Under the pieces are notes generated by a model. The model was given only the letters and a program-made list of their open reading frames with translations, ran no database searches and had not been told where the DNA came from. A stretch of DNA of 62,642 nt, counting the filler, from Actinomycetota bacterium (GTDB lineage: Bacteria; Actinomycetota; Acidimicrobiia; IMCC26256; VFJJ01), in NCBI GenBank assembly GCA_009886115.1. It is 3 parts of 3 records of this genome, joined end to end, with 100 filler letters (N's around TTAATTAATTAA, not from the genome) between each part and the next. Parts side by side here need not be neighbours in the genome. Positions count along the whole stretch, not along the records: positions 1 to 27,841 come from VFJJ01000188.1; 2 more parts are not named here. One strand, given 5' to 3'. Both the position numbers and the translations under genes were made by a program. The stretch's first letter is position 1. Each line of letters opens with the position of its first letter. Below are positions 18,717-27,941 of this stretch, piece by piece.

Positions 18717-19874
18717 ATGAGCGCCGATCACCGTCCCGACGACCGCCCTGGTCGCGGTCCGGCCGACGCACCCAGTCACCAGGCATTGCACGGGCTCACG
18801 GTCGTCGACATGGCGACGATCCTGGCCGGACCCGGAGCCGCCCGACACCTGGCCGACTTCGGCGCCGACGTCGTGAAGGTGGAAGCCCCCGCCGGCGATT
18901 CGCTCCGACGCATGGGGTGGCGAGCCCCGGGCGATCCCGACTCGTACCTGTGGAAGATCACCGGTCGCAACAAGCGGACGCTGGTCATCGACCTGAAGTC
19001 GCCCGACGGCCTGTCCCGGATGCGCGAGCTCCTGCGAACCGCCGACGTGCTGGTCGACAACTCCCGCCCCGGCGCCCTCGAACGCCTGGGCCTGGCCCCG
19101 CCCGAGCTCCACGCAGCCAACCCCGGCCTGGTGATCCTGCGGGTCACCGGATTCGGTCTCGACGGGCCGTACTCGGACCGTCCGGGCTTCGCCACCATCG
19201 CCGAGGCGCTCTCGGGCTACGCCTCCATCAGCGGCGAAGCCGGGGGCGGCCCGCTCCTGCCTCCGGTCGCGCTCACCGACGAGATCACGGCTCTGGCCGG
19301 GGCCTTCGCGATCATGGTGGCGCTGCGCCATCGCGACGCCACGGGCCAGGGCCAGGTCGTCGACGTGAACCTGCTGGAGTCGATCGTGCAGATGCTCGGC
19401 GCTCTGCCCACCGCGACCGCGCACCTCGGCTACGTGCAGCCTCGGATGGGCTCGGGCCTCCCCTACAGCGTTCCGCGTGGGACCTACCGCTGCTCCGACG
19501 GTCGGTGGGTGGCGGTCTCGGCGTCGGCCGACACCGTGGCCGGACGGGTGCTCGCCCTGCTGGGCCTGGCCGACGATCCCCGCTTCACGACGTTCGCCAC
19601 GCGGGTCGAGCATCGCGAGGCGCTCGACGAGGAGGTCGCGGCCTGGATCGGCCGGCGGACCTCCGACGAGGTGCTGGCCCGATTCACCGAAGCCGAAGCG
19701 GCGGTGGCGCCGGTCCATTCCACGGCCGACCTCCTGGCTGATCCGCACGTTCGGGCCCGGCAGGTGTTCGTGGAGGTTGACGGCGTCGTGATGCCCGGAC
19801 CCATCGCTCGATTGGCCCTGACCCCCGGCGCGGTCCGCCACGCCGGCCGCCCGCTGGCGGCCGACGAGACCTGA
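18717..19874 (+). CDS. CoA-transferase family III (CaiB/BaiF)
   Basis: AGPGA..LADFGADVVKVE..GD, RNKR, RPG, TGFGLDGPY. Confidence 0.92.
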   Translation: MSADHRPDDRPGRGPADAPSHQALHGLTVVDMATILAGPGAARHLADFGADVVKVEAPAGDSLRRMGWRAPGDPDSYLWKITGRNKRTLVIDLKSPDGLSRMRELLRTADVLVDNSRPGALERLGLAPPELHAANPGLVILRVTGFGLDGPYSDRPGFATIAEALSGYASISGEAGGGPLLPPVALTDEITALAGAFAIMVALRHRDATGQGQVVDVNLLESIVQMLGALPTATAHLGYVQPRMGSGLPYSVPRGTYRCSDGRWVAVSASADTVAGRVLALLGLADDPRFTTFATRVEHREALDEEVAAWIGRRTSDEVLARFTEAEAAVAPVHSTADLLADPHVRARQVFVEVDGVVMPGPIARLALTPGAVRHAGRPLAADET

Positions 19875-19925
19875 CCGCGCCGGGTCGGACGAAACGCCGT
19901 GGTGAAACGAGCCGACCGGCGGCAG

Positions 19926-20157
19926 TTATCCACCGATGCCTGTGGATTGCGGTGGACCATGAAGCTTCACGGGAGGTGGTCGACGTGAACGTCCAATCGC
20001 CGGCGAAAGGCTCGCGACACCACAGGTTCGCGCCCAGAAGCGCACAATTGGGCCTGAAATCGCCCGAATCGACCACGTCTCGCGATCGACAGGCCAACCT
20101 TCTCATCCAATTCGCGCGCTCCGCGTTGTCCACAGGGCCTGTGGAAACGGTGGAGAA
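19926..20157. promoter_or_regulatory. Cluster of six DnaA-box-like 9-mers in two triplets
   Basis: TTATCCACC 19926, TGTGGATTG 19941, GGTGGACCA 19951; TTGTCCACA 20126, TGTGGAAAC 20140, GGTGGAGAA 20149. Confidence 0.65.
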
Positions 20158-20277
20158 CCATCGCAGGGCGTGACCTGCGGAGCGGGCAGCGTGGTCGCCC
20201 GGGGTAGGTCCGTGCCCCCGACCCCGTCCCCGCGCTACACAGTCCGCAGCCGAACGCATCCCGACCGGAGGTCCGCC

Positions 20278-22119
20278 ATGCCCCGTTTCGTCTCCAACGA
20301 GCAGATCCTTGCCGATGTCGCCGGCCAGACCGTGCCGCGACGCTTCGCTCAGACCGTCGCCAACCACCCCGATCGGGTGGCGCTGCGGTGCAAGAACCCT
20401 GACGGCGAGACGTGGCACGAGCAGACGTGGAGCGACTACGGGCACCTCGCCGGACGGGTCGCCGCCGGCCTGCGGGCCCTCGGGGTCGGACCCGGCGATC
20501 GGGTCGTGCTGATGATGCGCAACCGGCCCGAGTTCCATGCCGCCGACATCGGGGTGCTCCTCCTCGGGGCCACCCCCATCTCGATCTACCAGTCATCGGC
20601 CCCGGAGCAGATCGAGTACCTAGTCGCGCACTCGGGCGCCGTGGCGGCCATCGTCGAGGATGGGGGGTACCTGGCCCGCTTCCTCGACGTCCGTGACGTC
20701 ATCCCCCGGCTGCGCCATCTCGTCCTCATCGACACCGGACCCGACGACTCCGGGCCCGACCTCGGACGCGACGACCTCGTGACCTGGGTCGATCTGGTCG
20801 CGGGCGAGCCGCTGGCGCTCGACGACTGCCTCGACAACCTCACGCCCGACGACCTCGCAACGGTGATCTACACGAGTGGCACGACGGGTCCCCCCAAGGG
20901 CGTCATGGTCACCCAGCGCAACGTGTGCTGGACCCTGCGCAGCATCGAGTTGCTCTACGACCACGGTGGTCTCGACACGTCAGGTCATTGGCGAGCGATC
21001 TCGTACCTCCCGATGGCCCACATCGCCGAGCGCTTCACCAGCCACTACGCCGGCATCGGGTTCGTGATGGAGGTGACGACCTGCCCCGATACCTCGCTCG
21101 TCACGTCGTATCTGGGGGCAGTCAAGCCTCAGTTCTTCTTCGGGGTCCCGCGGGTCTGGGAGAAGATGCACGCCGGGATCAACGCCCTCGCCGGCTCCGA
21201 TCCCGAACGCAAGGCCATGCTCGACCGGGCCGTCGACGTCGGCCACGAGATGTACGAGCTCCGCCGTTCCGGGGGCTCGGCCGGAGCCGAGCTGCGGGCC
21301 GCGTTCGAGGAGACCGAGCCGGCCCGGGCCCTGGTCAAGGCCCTCGTCGGGCTCGACCAGGTGGTGCTGGCCGGCACCGGCGCGGCACCCATCCCCGCCG
21401 TGGTCCTGCGGTTCTTCGACGGCCTGGGCGTGCCGATCAGCGAGGTCTACGGGCTCTCCGAGAACACCGGACCGATGAGCTGGGAGGTGTGGGAGCACTC
21501 GAGGCTCGGCACGGTCGGACGGGCCATCCCCGGCGACACGATCGAGCTGGCCGGAGACGGTGAGGTGCTGCTCAAGGGGGGCAACGTCTTCGCCGGGTAT
21601 CTCGAAGACCCGGTCAAGACGGCCGAGACCATCGATGCCGACGGTTGGATGCACACCGGCGACATCGGCGTGCTCGACGCCGACGGGTACCTGACGATCG
21701 TCGACCGCAAGAAGGAGCTGATCATCACCGCCGGCGGCAAGAACATCTCGCCAGCCAACCTGGAAGCCGCCATCAAGGCCATCCCCCTCATCGGCCAGGT
21801 CGCGGTCGTCGGCGAGGCCCGCCCGTTCATCTCCGCGCTGCTCGTCCTCGACCCAGACGTCGCGCGGGTCTGGGCCGCGGCCCACGACCTGGGACCGATG
21901 TCGCTCGTCGAGCTCGCCGCGCACCCCGCCGTGGTCGCCGAGGTGCAGCGGGGTCTCGACGATGTCAACGAGCGCTACAGCAACGTCGAGCGGGTGAAGA
22001 AGTTCATCCTGCTGGGCGAGGAGTGGATGCCCGACAGCGACCTGCTCACCCCGACGATGAAGCTCAAGCGCCGCGGCGTCAACTCCCGCTACGCCGCCGA
22101 GATCGACGCCATGTACTGA
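20278..22119 (+). CDS. Long-chain fatty acid--CoA ligase
   Basis: YTSGTTGPPKG, YLPMAHIAER, YGLSE, GWMHTGDIG, DRKKELIITAGGKN; GGAGG RBS. Confidence 0.95.
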   Translation: MPRFVSNEQILADVAGQTVPRRFAQTVANHPDRVALRCKNPDGETWHEQTWSDYGHLAGRVAAGLRALGVGPGDRVVLMMRNRPEFHAADIGVLLLGATPISIYQSSAPEQIEYLVAHSGAVAAIVEDGGYLARFLDVRDVIPRLRHLVLIDTGPDDSGPDLGRDDLVTWVDLVAGEPLALDDCLDNLTPDDLATVIYTSGTTGPPKGVMVTQRNVCWTLRSIELLYDHGGLDTSGHWRAISYLPMAHIAERFTSHYAGIGFVMEVTTCPDTSLVTSYLGAVKPQFFFGVPRVWEKMHAGINALAGSDPERKAMLDRAVDVGHEMYELRRSGGSAGAELRAAFEETEPARALVKALVGLDQVVLAGTGAAPIPAVVLRFFDGLGVPISEVYGLSENTGPMSWEVWEHSRLGTVGRAIPGDTIELAGDGEVLLKGGNVFAGYLEDPVKTAETIDADGWMHTGDIGVLDADGYLTIVDRKKELIITAGGKNISPANLEAAIKAIPLIGQVAVVGEARPFISALLVLDPDVARVWAAAHDLGPMSLVELAAHPAVVAEVQRGLDDVNERYSNVERVKKFILLGEEWMPDSDLLTPTMKLKRRGVNSRYAAEIDAMY

Positions 22120-22249
22120 GTCGCCGCGCGTCGATCGCAGACCTGACGGGTCTCGGCGGCCGATGCCATTCGCGCACCAGCACGAGCGTGCGCTCACCGA
22201 CCGGTTCGAGCGACCACCACGTCGACATGGTCGAACAACGCATAGAGCG

Positions 22250-22707
22250 TTGCGGAGTCATAGATCGCCTTGTGAAGCTGCGGCAGCCATCCGGGGGAGC
22301 GGTGTCGAGGTTCCGAACTGGATCCCACGTCTTCCAGTTGGTTCGGCATTCCATCTCGGGTCGACCGTGCGTGTAGTTGTAGACATGGAACAGGTCGAAA
22401 CGCTCGGTGAGTACTCCCAGAGCGCCCTCGAGATAGAGCCTCGCGATCACCTTGAAGTCAGGAATCCCAAGAACCACAAGGGGACCGGAAGGCGAAAGCA
22501 CTCGCGCCTGCTCGGCCAGAGCGAATGGCACCTGCTGCAGGTACAGGTGTTCCATCACGGCATTGAGGAACAAATACTCGACCGAGCCATCGCCCGCAAA
22601 CGACAGATCGGAAGCGTGACCTCGCGGGGTTCCTCTACAGAAGGGCGGGGGTCAACGTTCACGAAACCCGGGACAGGTCGGCGGCCAGCGCCTCTCTGCA
22701 TCTTCAC
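22250..22707 (-). pseudogene. Frameshifted class I SAM-dependent methyltransferase
   Basis: KMQRGAGRRPVPGFVNVD, then in another frame DLSFAGDGSVEYLFLNAVMEHL..RVLSPSG..GIPDF; 3' end approximate. Confidence 0.7.
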
Positions 22708-22753
22708 GGAGGCCTTCCTCTGGAAGACGCCGAGGATCGCGGCGTTCAGCGTT

Positions 22754-23311
22754 TCAGTCGACGGGGAGTGCGACTTCGACGCGGTCGCGACCGTTCGACC
22801 GAGCGGCGTCGAGGGCCCGGTAGCCCAGCTCGACGAGCTGCTCGGCGTCGAGGGCGTGCGAGGGGTAGCAGGCGACGCCCGCCGACAGGGTGAGGATGTC
22901 ACCGGCCGGGCTGGCGAACAGCGCACCCCGGATGCGCTCGGCCGCCCAGACGGCGCCGGCATCGGGCGTGTCGTCGAGGATCACCGCGACCTGACCCTCG
23001 CTGATCCGACACGCCGTGTCCGAATCGCGCAGCGTCTTGTTCAGCGTGCGGGTGAGGACCCGCATGGCGTGGTCGCGCAGGTACGGGGCGAAGTTGTCGA
23101 GGTCGTCGAGCTCGAACATGATCAGCGACAGCGGACGGAGCCCCCGCCGGGCGATGGCGATGTGCCGTCCGAGCGCGATCTCGAAGTACCGATGGTCGGG
23201 CAGCCCCGACACCGGATCGACGGCTCGGTCCCCCCCGGCATCGCCGGCCGAATCGGACGCGGTGGCCGTTCTCTGGGGGTCAGGGCGGGGAGCGGGGCCG
23301 AGGTCGGTCAC
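22754..23311 (-). CDS. Stand-alone degenerate GGDEF-domain protein
   Basis: DPVSGL, LSLIMFELD, LRDSDTACRISEGQVAVIL, TLSAGVA, GRDRV. Confidence 0.85.
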   Translation of the reverse strand: MTDLGPAPRPDPQRTATASDSAGDAGGDRAVDPVSGLPDHRYFEIALGRHIAIARRGLRPLSLIMFELDDLDNFAPYLRDHAMRVLTRTLNKTLRDSDTACRISEGQVAVILDDTPDAGAVWAAERIRGALFASPAGDILTLSAGVACYPSHALDAEQLVELGYRALDAARSNGRDRVEVALPVD

Positions 23312-23396
23312 GGCATCTCTTTCGGCGCGCTCGGGCCCCGACCTGAGCCGGTGTTTTCCCGACCCCGCTCGGTGCGCCTCGTACACCCGGACGCGC

Positions 23397-25415
23397 TCAT
23401 GGCGTTCGGGTGGCCTGGTGGGCGAGGGACAGGGTCGCCAGGTCCTCGAGGATGTCGGCGAGTCGGTAGTCGCGCGGCGTGTAGATCCGGGCGACCCCGG
23501 CCGCGGTCATCGCCGGACGGTCGTGGTCGGGGATGATCCCGCCAACCACCACGGGTACGTCACCAGCGCCCCTACGAGCGAGCGCGGCGATCACGGCCGG
23601 GACGAGCTCGTGGTGTGAGCCCGACAGGATCGACAGCCCAACGAGATCGACGTCCTCGGCCACGGCGGCGTCGGCGAGCTGGTCCGGGGTGAGCCGAATG
23701 CCCTGGTAGATGACCTCGAACCCCGCGTCGCGAGCGGCCACGGCGAGCTGCTCGGCGCCGTTGGAGTGCCCGTCGAGCCCGGGCTTGCCGATGAGGATCC
23801 GCGGCACGCCCCCATGCTTCAGGGCCGACGCTCGCAGCCGTTCGCGAACAGCGGCCAGCTCGGGTCGGGCGCTCACCGCGACGGCGCCCACACCGGTCGG
23901 CGCCCGGTACTCGCCGAAGACCCCGCGGAGCGCGTCGGACCACTCGCCGACGGTTCCCCCCGCTCGGGCCAGGGCGATCGTGGCCGGCATCACGTTGGTC
24001 GTGCCCTCCGCCGCGGCCCGCAGGTCGTCGAGCGCCCGGGCCACCTCGGCGCCGTCGCGGGCGGCCCGCCACGCATCCAGACGCTCGATCTGCTCGGCTT
24101 CGACCGCCGGATCGACGACGAGGACGGCCGACTCCCCGTCGAGCCCGCGGGCGAGCGGCGACGACGCCGTCTCGGTGTGACGGTTCACCCCCACCACGGC
24201 GAGATCACCCGATTCGATCCGGCGCATGCGATCGGCGTGCGATCGCACCAGCCGGCCCTTCAGCTCGTCGACCAGCTCGAAGACCCCGCCTCGGTCGACG
24301 ATGTCGGTCAGCTCGGCCTCGGCGGCGTCGGCGAGCTCCCGGGTGCGGGCCTCCACGACCTGCGAGCCGGCGAACAGGTCGTCGTGCTCGAGGAGGTCGG
24401 TCTCCTCGGCGAGCACCTGCTGGATGCGCAGCGACCATTGCTGGTCCCACGGGCGGGGCAGCCCCAACGCCTCGTTCCAGCACGGGAGCTGCACGGCCCG
24501 GGCCCGGGCGCCCTTCGACAGCGTGACGCCGAGCAGCTCGAGCACGATGCGCTGCACGTTGTTCTCGGGTTGGGCCTCGGTGAGCCCGAGCGAGTTCACC
24601 TGCACCCCGTAGCGGAACCGGCGCAGACGCTCGTCGGCTATCCCGTACCGCTCGGCGCACAACCGGTCCCACAGGCTCGTGAAGGCCCGCAGCTTGCACA
24701 TCTCCTCCACGAACCGGATGCCGGCGTTCACGAAGAACGACATGCGCCCCACGACCTCGGGGAGCTCCTCGGGGCTCACCTGTCCGCTGTCGCGCACGGC
24801 GTCGAGCACGGCGCAGGCCGTCGCCAGGGCGAAGGCGATCTCCTGCACCGGCGTCGCCCCGGCCTCCTGCAGGTGGTACGAGCAGACGTTGATGGGGTTC
24901 CACCGGGGCACGTGGCGGACGGTGTGGACGATCATGTCGACGGTGAGCCGGCGTGACGGGCCCGGCCCGAAGATGTAGGTGCCCCGGCTCAGGTACTCCT
25001 TGACGATGTCGTTCTGCGTGGTTCCGCTCAGCCGCGTCGGGTCGACCCCGCGCTCGTCGGCCAGGGCCAGGTACATCCCGAGCAACCAGGGCGCCGTGGC
25101 GTTGATGGTCATCGACGTGTTCATCGTCTCGACGGGGATGGCCTCGAACAGCGCGCGCATCTCGCCCAGGTGCGGGACCGGCACACCGACCTTGCCCACC
25201 TCGCCCCGAGCCAGCGGATGGTCGGGGTCGTGCCCGGTCTGGGTCGGCAGGTCGAAGGCCACCGACAGCCCGGTCTGGCCCTTGGCCAGGTTCTGGCGGT
25301 AGAGCGCGTTCGACGCCGCAGCCGAGGAGTGCCCCGAGTACGTGCGCATCACCCACGGCTGATCGCGCTCACGGCGTGGCGCGAGACGGGGGTCGGCTCC
25401 GGCGGGCTCGCTCAT
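23397..25415 (-). CDS. meaA: B12-dependent mutase of the MeaA/ethylmalonyl-CoA mutase type
   Basis: PWVMRTYSGHSS, GQTGLSVAFDLPTQ, QNDIVKEYLSRGT, EAQPENN, KPGLDGHSNGAEQ. Confidence 0.88.
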   Translation of the reverse strand: MSEPAGADPRLAPRRERDQPWVMRTYSGHSSAAASNALYRQNLAKGQTGLSVAFDLPTQTGHDPDHPLARGEVGKVGVPVPHLGEMRALFEAIPVETMNTSMTINATAPWLLGMYLALADERGVDPTRLSGTTQNDIVKEYLSRGTYIFGPGPSRRLTVDMIVHTVRHVPRWNPINVCSYHLQEAGATPVQEIAFALATACAVLDAVRDSGQVSPEELPEVVGRMSFFVNAGIRFVEEMCKLRAFTSLWDRLCAERYGIADERLRRFRYGVQVNSLGLTEAQPENNVQRIVLELLGVTLSKGARARAVQLPCWNEALGLPRPWDQQWSLRIQQVLAEETDLLEHDDLFAGSQVVEARTRELADAAEAELTDIVDRGGVFELVDELKGRLVRSHADRMRRIESGDLAVVGVNRHTETASSPLARGLDGESAVLVVDPAVEAEQIERLDAWRAARDGAEVARALDDLRAAAEGTTNVMPATIALARAGGTVGEWSDALRGVFGEYRAPTGVGAVAVSARPELAAVRERLRASALKHGGVPRILIGKPGLDGHSNGAEQLAVAARDAGFEVIYQGIRLTPDQLADAAVAEDVDLVGLSILSGSHHELVPAVIAALARRGAGDVPVVVGGIIPDHDRPAMTAAGVARIYTPRDYRLADILEDLATLSLAHQATRTP

Positions 25416-25570
25416 GGTGCTCATTGTGCCTCGGTCGCGGCGTGCCAGGTTGCGGTCGCGGCGCCGGTGCGAGGGAACCGAGGTGTCGCACCCGGCGCAC
25501 CCGGCGCACGCGAGCGCCGTGCTCGCCCTGGTCGCCGTGCTCGTCGTGGTCGTCGGTCTAGTGTTCGGCG

Positions 25571-26296
25571 ATGCCGACAAGCAGGGAACGGGGCGAGCGG
25601 GCCCACGGTGTGCTGGCCTTCGTGGGCGGAGCAGCCTGGGCCACCGAGGGCCATGCCGTTCGCCAGCTCGTGGCCGGCGCGGCAGGAACCGGCGCCACCG
25701 CGGTCGTGCTGCCCACCGCCGCCGCCTACGAGCGTCCCAGCCGTCTCGCCGACCAGGCCTGCACCGCCCTCACGGCCCTCGGGCTCCAGGCGCGGACGCT
25801 GCCCGTCCTCAGCCGCACCGACGCGGCCGACGACGACGCCGTGGCCGCCGTGCGCGACGCCGGCCTGATCTTCCTCACCGACGGCTCGGCCATGCACCTG
25901 CACTCGGTGCTGAAGGACACGCCCGTGTACCGGGCCATCGTCGACGCGTACCGGGCGGGCGCCGTGCTGGTGGCCTCGGGCGCCGGCGGATCGGTGCTGT
26001 GCGATCCCATGATCGACCCCCGGGGCGGCGCCTTCACCGTGGGCCTGGGTCTGGTCAACGACCTCACCGTGTTCCCGCACTTCGACACCGCAGCCGATCA
26101 CCTCCGAACCCGCACCCTGGAGCTCCGGCCCCGCGACGTCACGCTCGTCGGCATCGACGAGTCGACCGCCGTCGTGCGTGAGCGCGACGGCTCCTGGCAT
26201 GCCGTCGGCGGCGGCGGGGTCACGGTGTTCGACGCCGCCGGTCCACCCGAGGGCCGCCGCTACGAGAACGTCCCCATCCCCGACCTCGCCACCTGA
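25571..26296 (+). CDS. Peptidase S51/cyanophycinase-like protein
   Basis: LPTAAAYE, DGSAMHL, GLGLV, PHFD, GIDESTA; nucleophile motif altered. Confidence 0.75.
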   Translation: MPTSRERGERAHGVLAFVGGAAWATEGHAVRQLVAGAAGTGATAVVLPTAAAYERPSRLADQACTALTALGLQARTLPVLSRTDAADDDAVAAVRDAGLIFLTDGSAMHLHSVLKDTPVYRAIVDAYRAGAVLVASGAGGSVLCDPMIDPRGGAFTVGLGLVNDLTVFPHFDTAADHLRTRTLELRPRDVTLVGIDESTAVVRERDGSWHAVGGGGVTVFDAAGPPEGRRYENVPIPDLAT

Positions 26297-26335
26297 GGCG
26301 CGAACGCGTTTCCCCAGCTCGGAACCGTCAATCGG

Positions 26336-27220
26336 TCAGCTGGTCGTGGTCGGCTCAGCCGCGGTGACGCCGGATGCGTCGGTCTCGGTGATCGTGACCG
26401 AGAGCAGGTACATCGGCTTCTGGGGCGGGCCGTCACCGGTGCTCCAGGCCTCGATCTTGCGAGCCACCTCGAGGCCTCGCACGACCACGCCGAAGTTGTT
26501 GTAGCTCTGTGTCAGACCGCAGTTGGGCCTGGTGCCACTGCACACGAAGAACTGGGATCCGTTGGTGTTCGGGCCGGAGTTCGCCATGGCCAGCGAGCCC
26601 ACCACATAGGGCTCGTCGATGTTCTCGTCCGCAAACGTGTAGCCCGCGTCGCCACTGCCGCTCGCTGTGGGATCGCCACCCTGGATGACGAAGTCGGGGG
26701 CGACACGGTGGAACGTCGTGCCGTCGAAGAGTCCCGCTCGGGCCAGGAACACGAAGTTGTTCACCGTGATCGGCGCGTCGGCAACATCGAGCCCGACGGT
26801 GAACGCGCCGCACGACGTGGTGATCGTTGCCTCGTAGGTGTGTGTCGGGTCGATCGTCTGCGCAGGAGCCTCGGTGAACGTGGGGCGGCTGTCGTTCGCT
26901 GGCGGGACGGTGTCGGTGCACGTGATGGCGTCGACGGCGGCGTCGCCGGTCACCCGGGCCGTGATCTCGGTCGTGGCACCCGTCGTCGCAGAGCCGGGTG
27001 CGGTCGTGGCGGCTGCAGTCGTGGTGGTCGTGGCGGAGTCGTCGTCACCACCTCGGGACACGAGGAAGGCCAGGCCCACGAACAGCACGGCCACGATGCC
27101 CACGGTGATGGCCATGTTGCGGCTGCTCTTCTTGCGCTTGGCCGCCTTCTGGGCTGCGACCTGCTCGATTCGTCCGAGCTGACGGTTCTCGCGTTGACGT
27201 TCCCGCTTGGCACTGGGCAT
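26336..27220 (-). CDS. Membrane-anchored cyclophilin-type peptidyl-prolyl isomerase
   Basis: APITVNNF, FHRV..FVIQGGDP, LAMANSGPNTNGSQFF; N-terminal TM and Thr-rich linker. Confidence 0.92.
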   Translation of the reverse strand: MPSAKRERQRENRQLGRIEQVAAQKAAKRKKSSRNMAITVGIVAVLFVGLAFLVSRGGDDDSATTTTTAAATTAPGSATTGATTEITARVTGDAAVDAITCTDTVPPANDSRPTFTEAPAQTIDPTHTYEATITTSCGAFTVGLDVADAPITVNNFVFLARAGLFDGTTFHRVAPDFVIQGGDPTASGSGDAGYTFADENIDEPYVVGSLAMANSGPNTNGSQFFVCSGTRPNCGLTQSYNNFGVVVRGLEVARKIEAWSTGDGPPQKPMYLLSVTITETDASGVTAAEPTTTS

Positions 27221-27231
27221 AGGGGATGAGT

Positions 27232-27841
27232 CTACGTAGTCGCCCGTGCCCGATCGGCGGTCGGGGAAGCGCCGCCCGAGGTCGGCAGCGCCACGACGAA
27301 ACGGGCGCCTCCGCCGGGGCGCTCGTCAACGGCGACCCGTCCACCGTGCGCGACCACGATGTCTCGGGTGATCGCCAGACCGAGGCCGGTCCCGCCGCCG
27401 TCACGGCTGCGGGCGTCATCGAGACGGGTGAAGCGCTCGAAGACCCGGTCGCGGTCGGCCTCGGCGATGCCAGGGCCGTCGTCGGCGACGGTGAGCACGG
27501 CCGAGGAGCCCTCCTCCCGAAGCGCCAGGGTGACCGTCGACGCGGCGTGCCTGACCGCATTGTCGACGAGGTTGCGGATAATCCGGCCCAGCTGGTCGGG
27601 ATCACCGTCGACCTGGGCCGCCGACACCCCCGAGAGCTCGACACGCACCCGGGCGTCGTCTCTCAGCCTGCGGGCCTGGCGCAGCACGAGGTCGTCGAGG
27701 TCGACGGGCTCCCGGTTCGCCGGTCGCGAATGTGCACCGGCGTCGCTGCGGGCCAGGTGCAGCAGGTCCTCCACGAGCCGCTGGAGCCCGACGGCCTCGT
27801 CGAGCACGCTGCGATGGGTCGCGAGCAGCCCGTCGGCGTCG
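27232..27841 (-). CDS. Sensor histidine kinase, C-terminal part (cut by contig end)
   Basis: NLVDNAVRH, DDGPGI, VFERF, GGTGLGLAI boxes. Confidence 0.9.
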
Positions 27842-27941
27842 NNNNNNNNNNNNNNNNNNNNNNNNNNNNNNNNNNNNNNNNNNNNTTAATTAATTAANNN
27901 NNNNNNNNNNNNNNNNNNNNNNNNNNNNNNNNNNNNNNNNN
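27842..27941. other. Artificial contig linker
   Basis: N44-TTAATTAATTAA-N44, stops in all six frames. Confidence 0.97.

Noticed and set aside
19875..20277. oriC
   Set aside because: No dnaA/dnaN neighbours and no clear AT-rich unwinding element; kept only as a box cluster.
27842..27941. TTAATTAATTAA as a biological motif, and histidine kinase as downstream partner of the SMC gene
   Set aside because: Identical artificial linker in both gaps; the contigs need not be adjacent.
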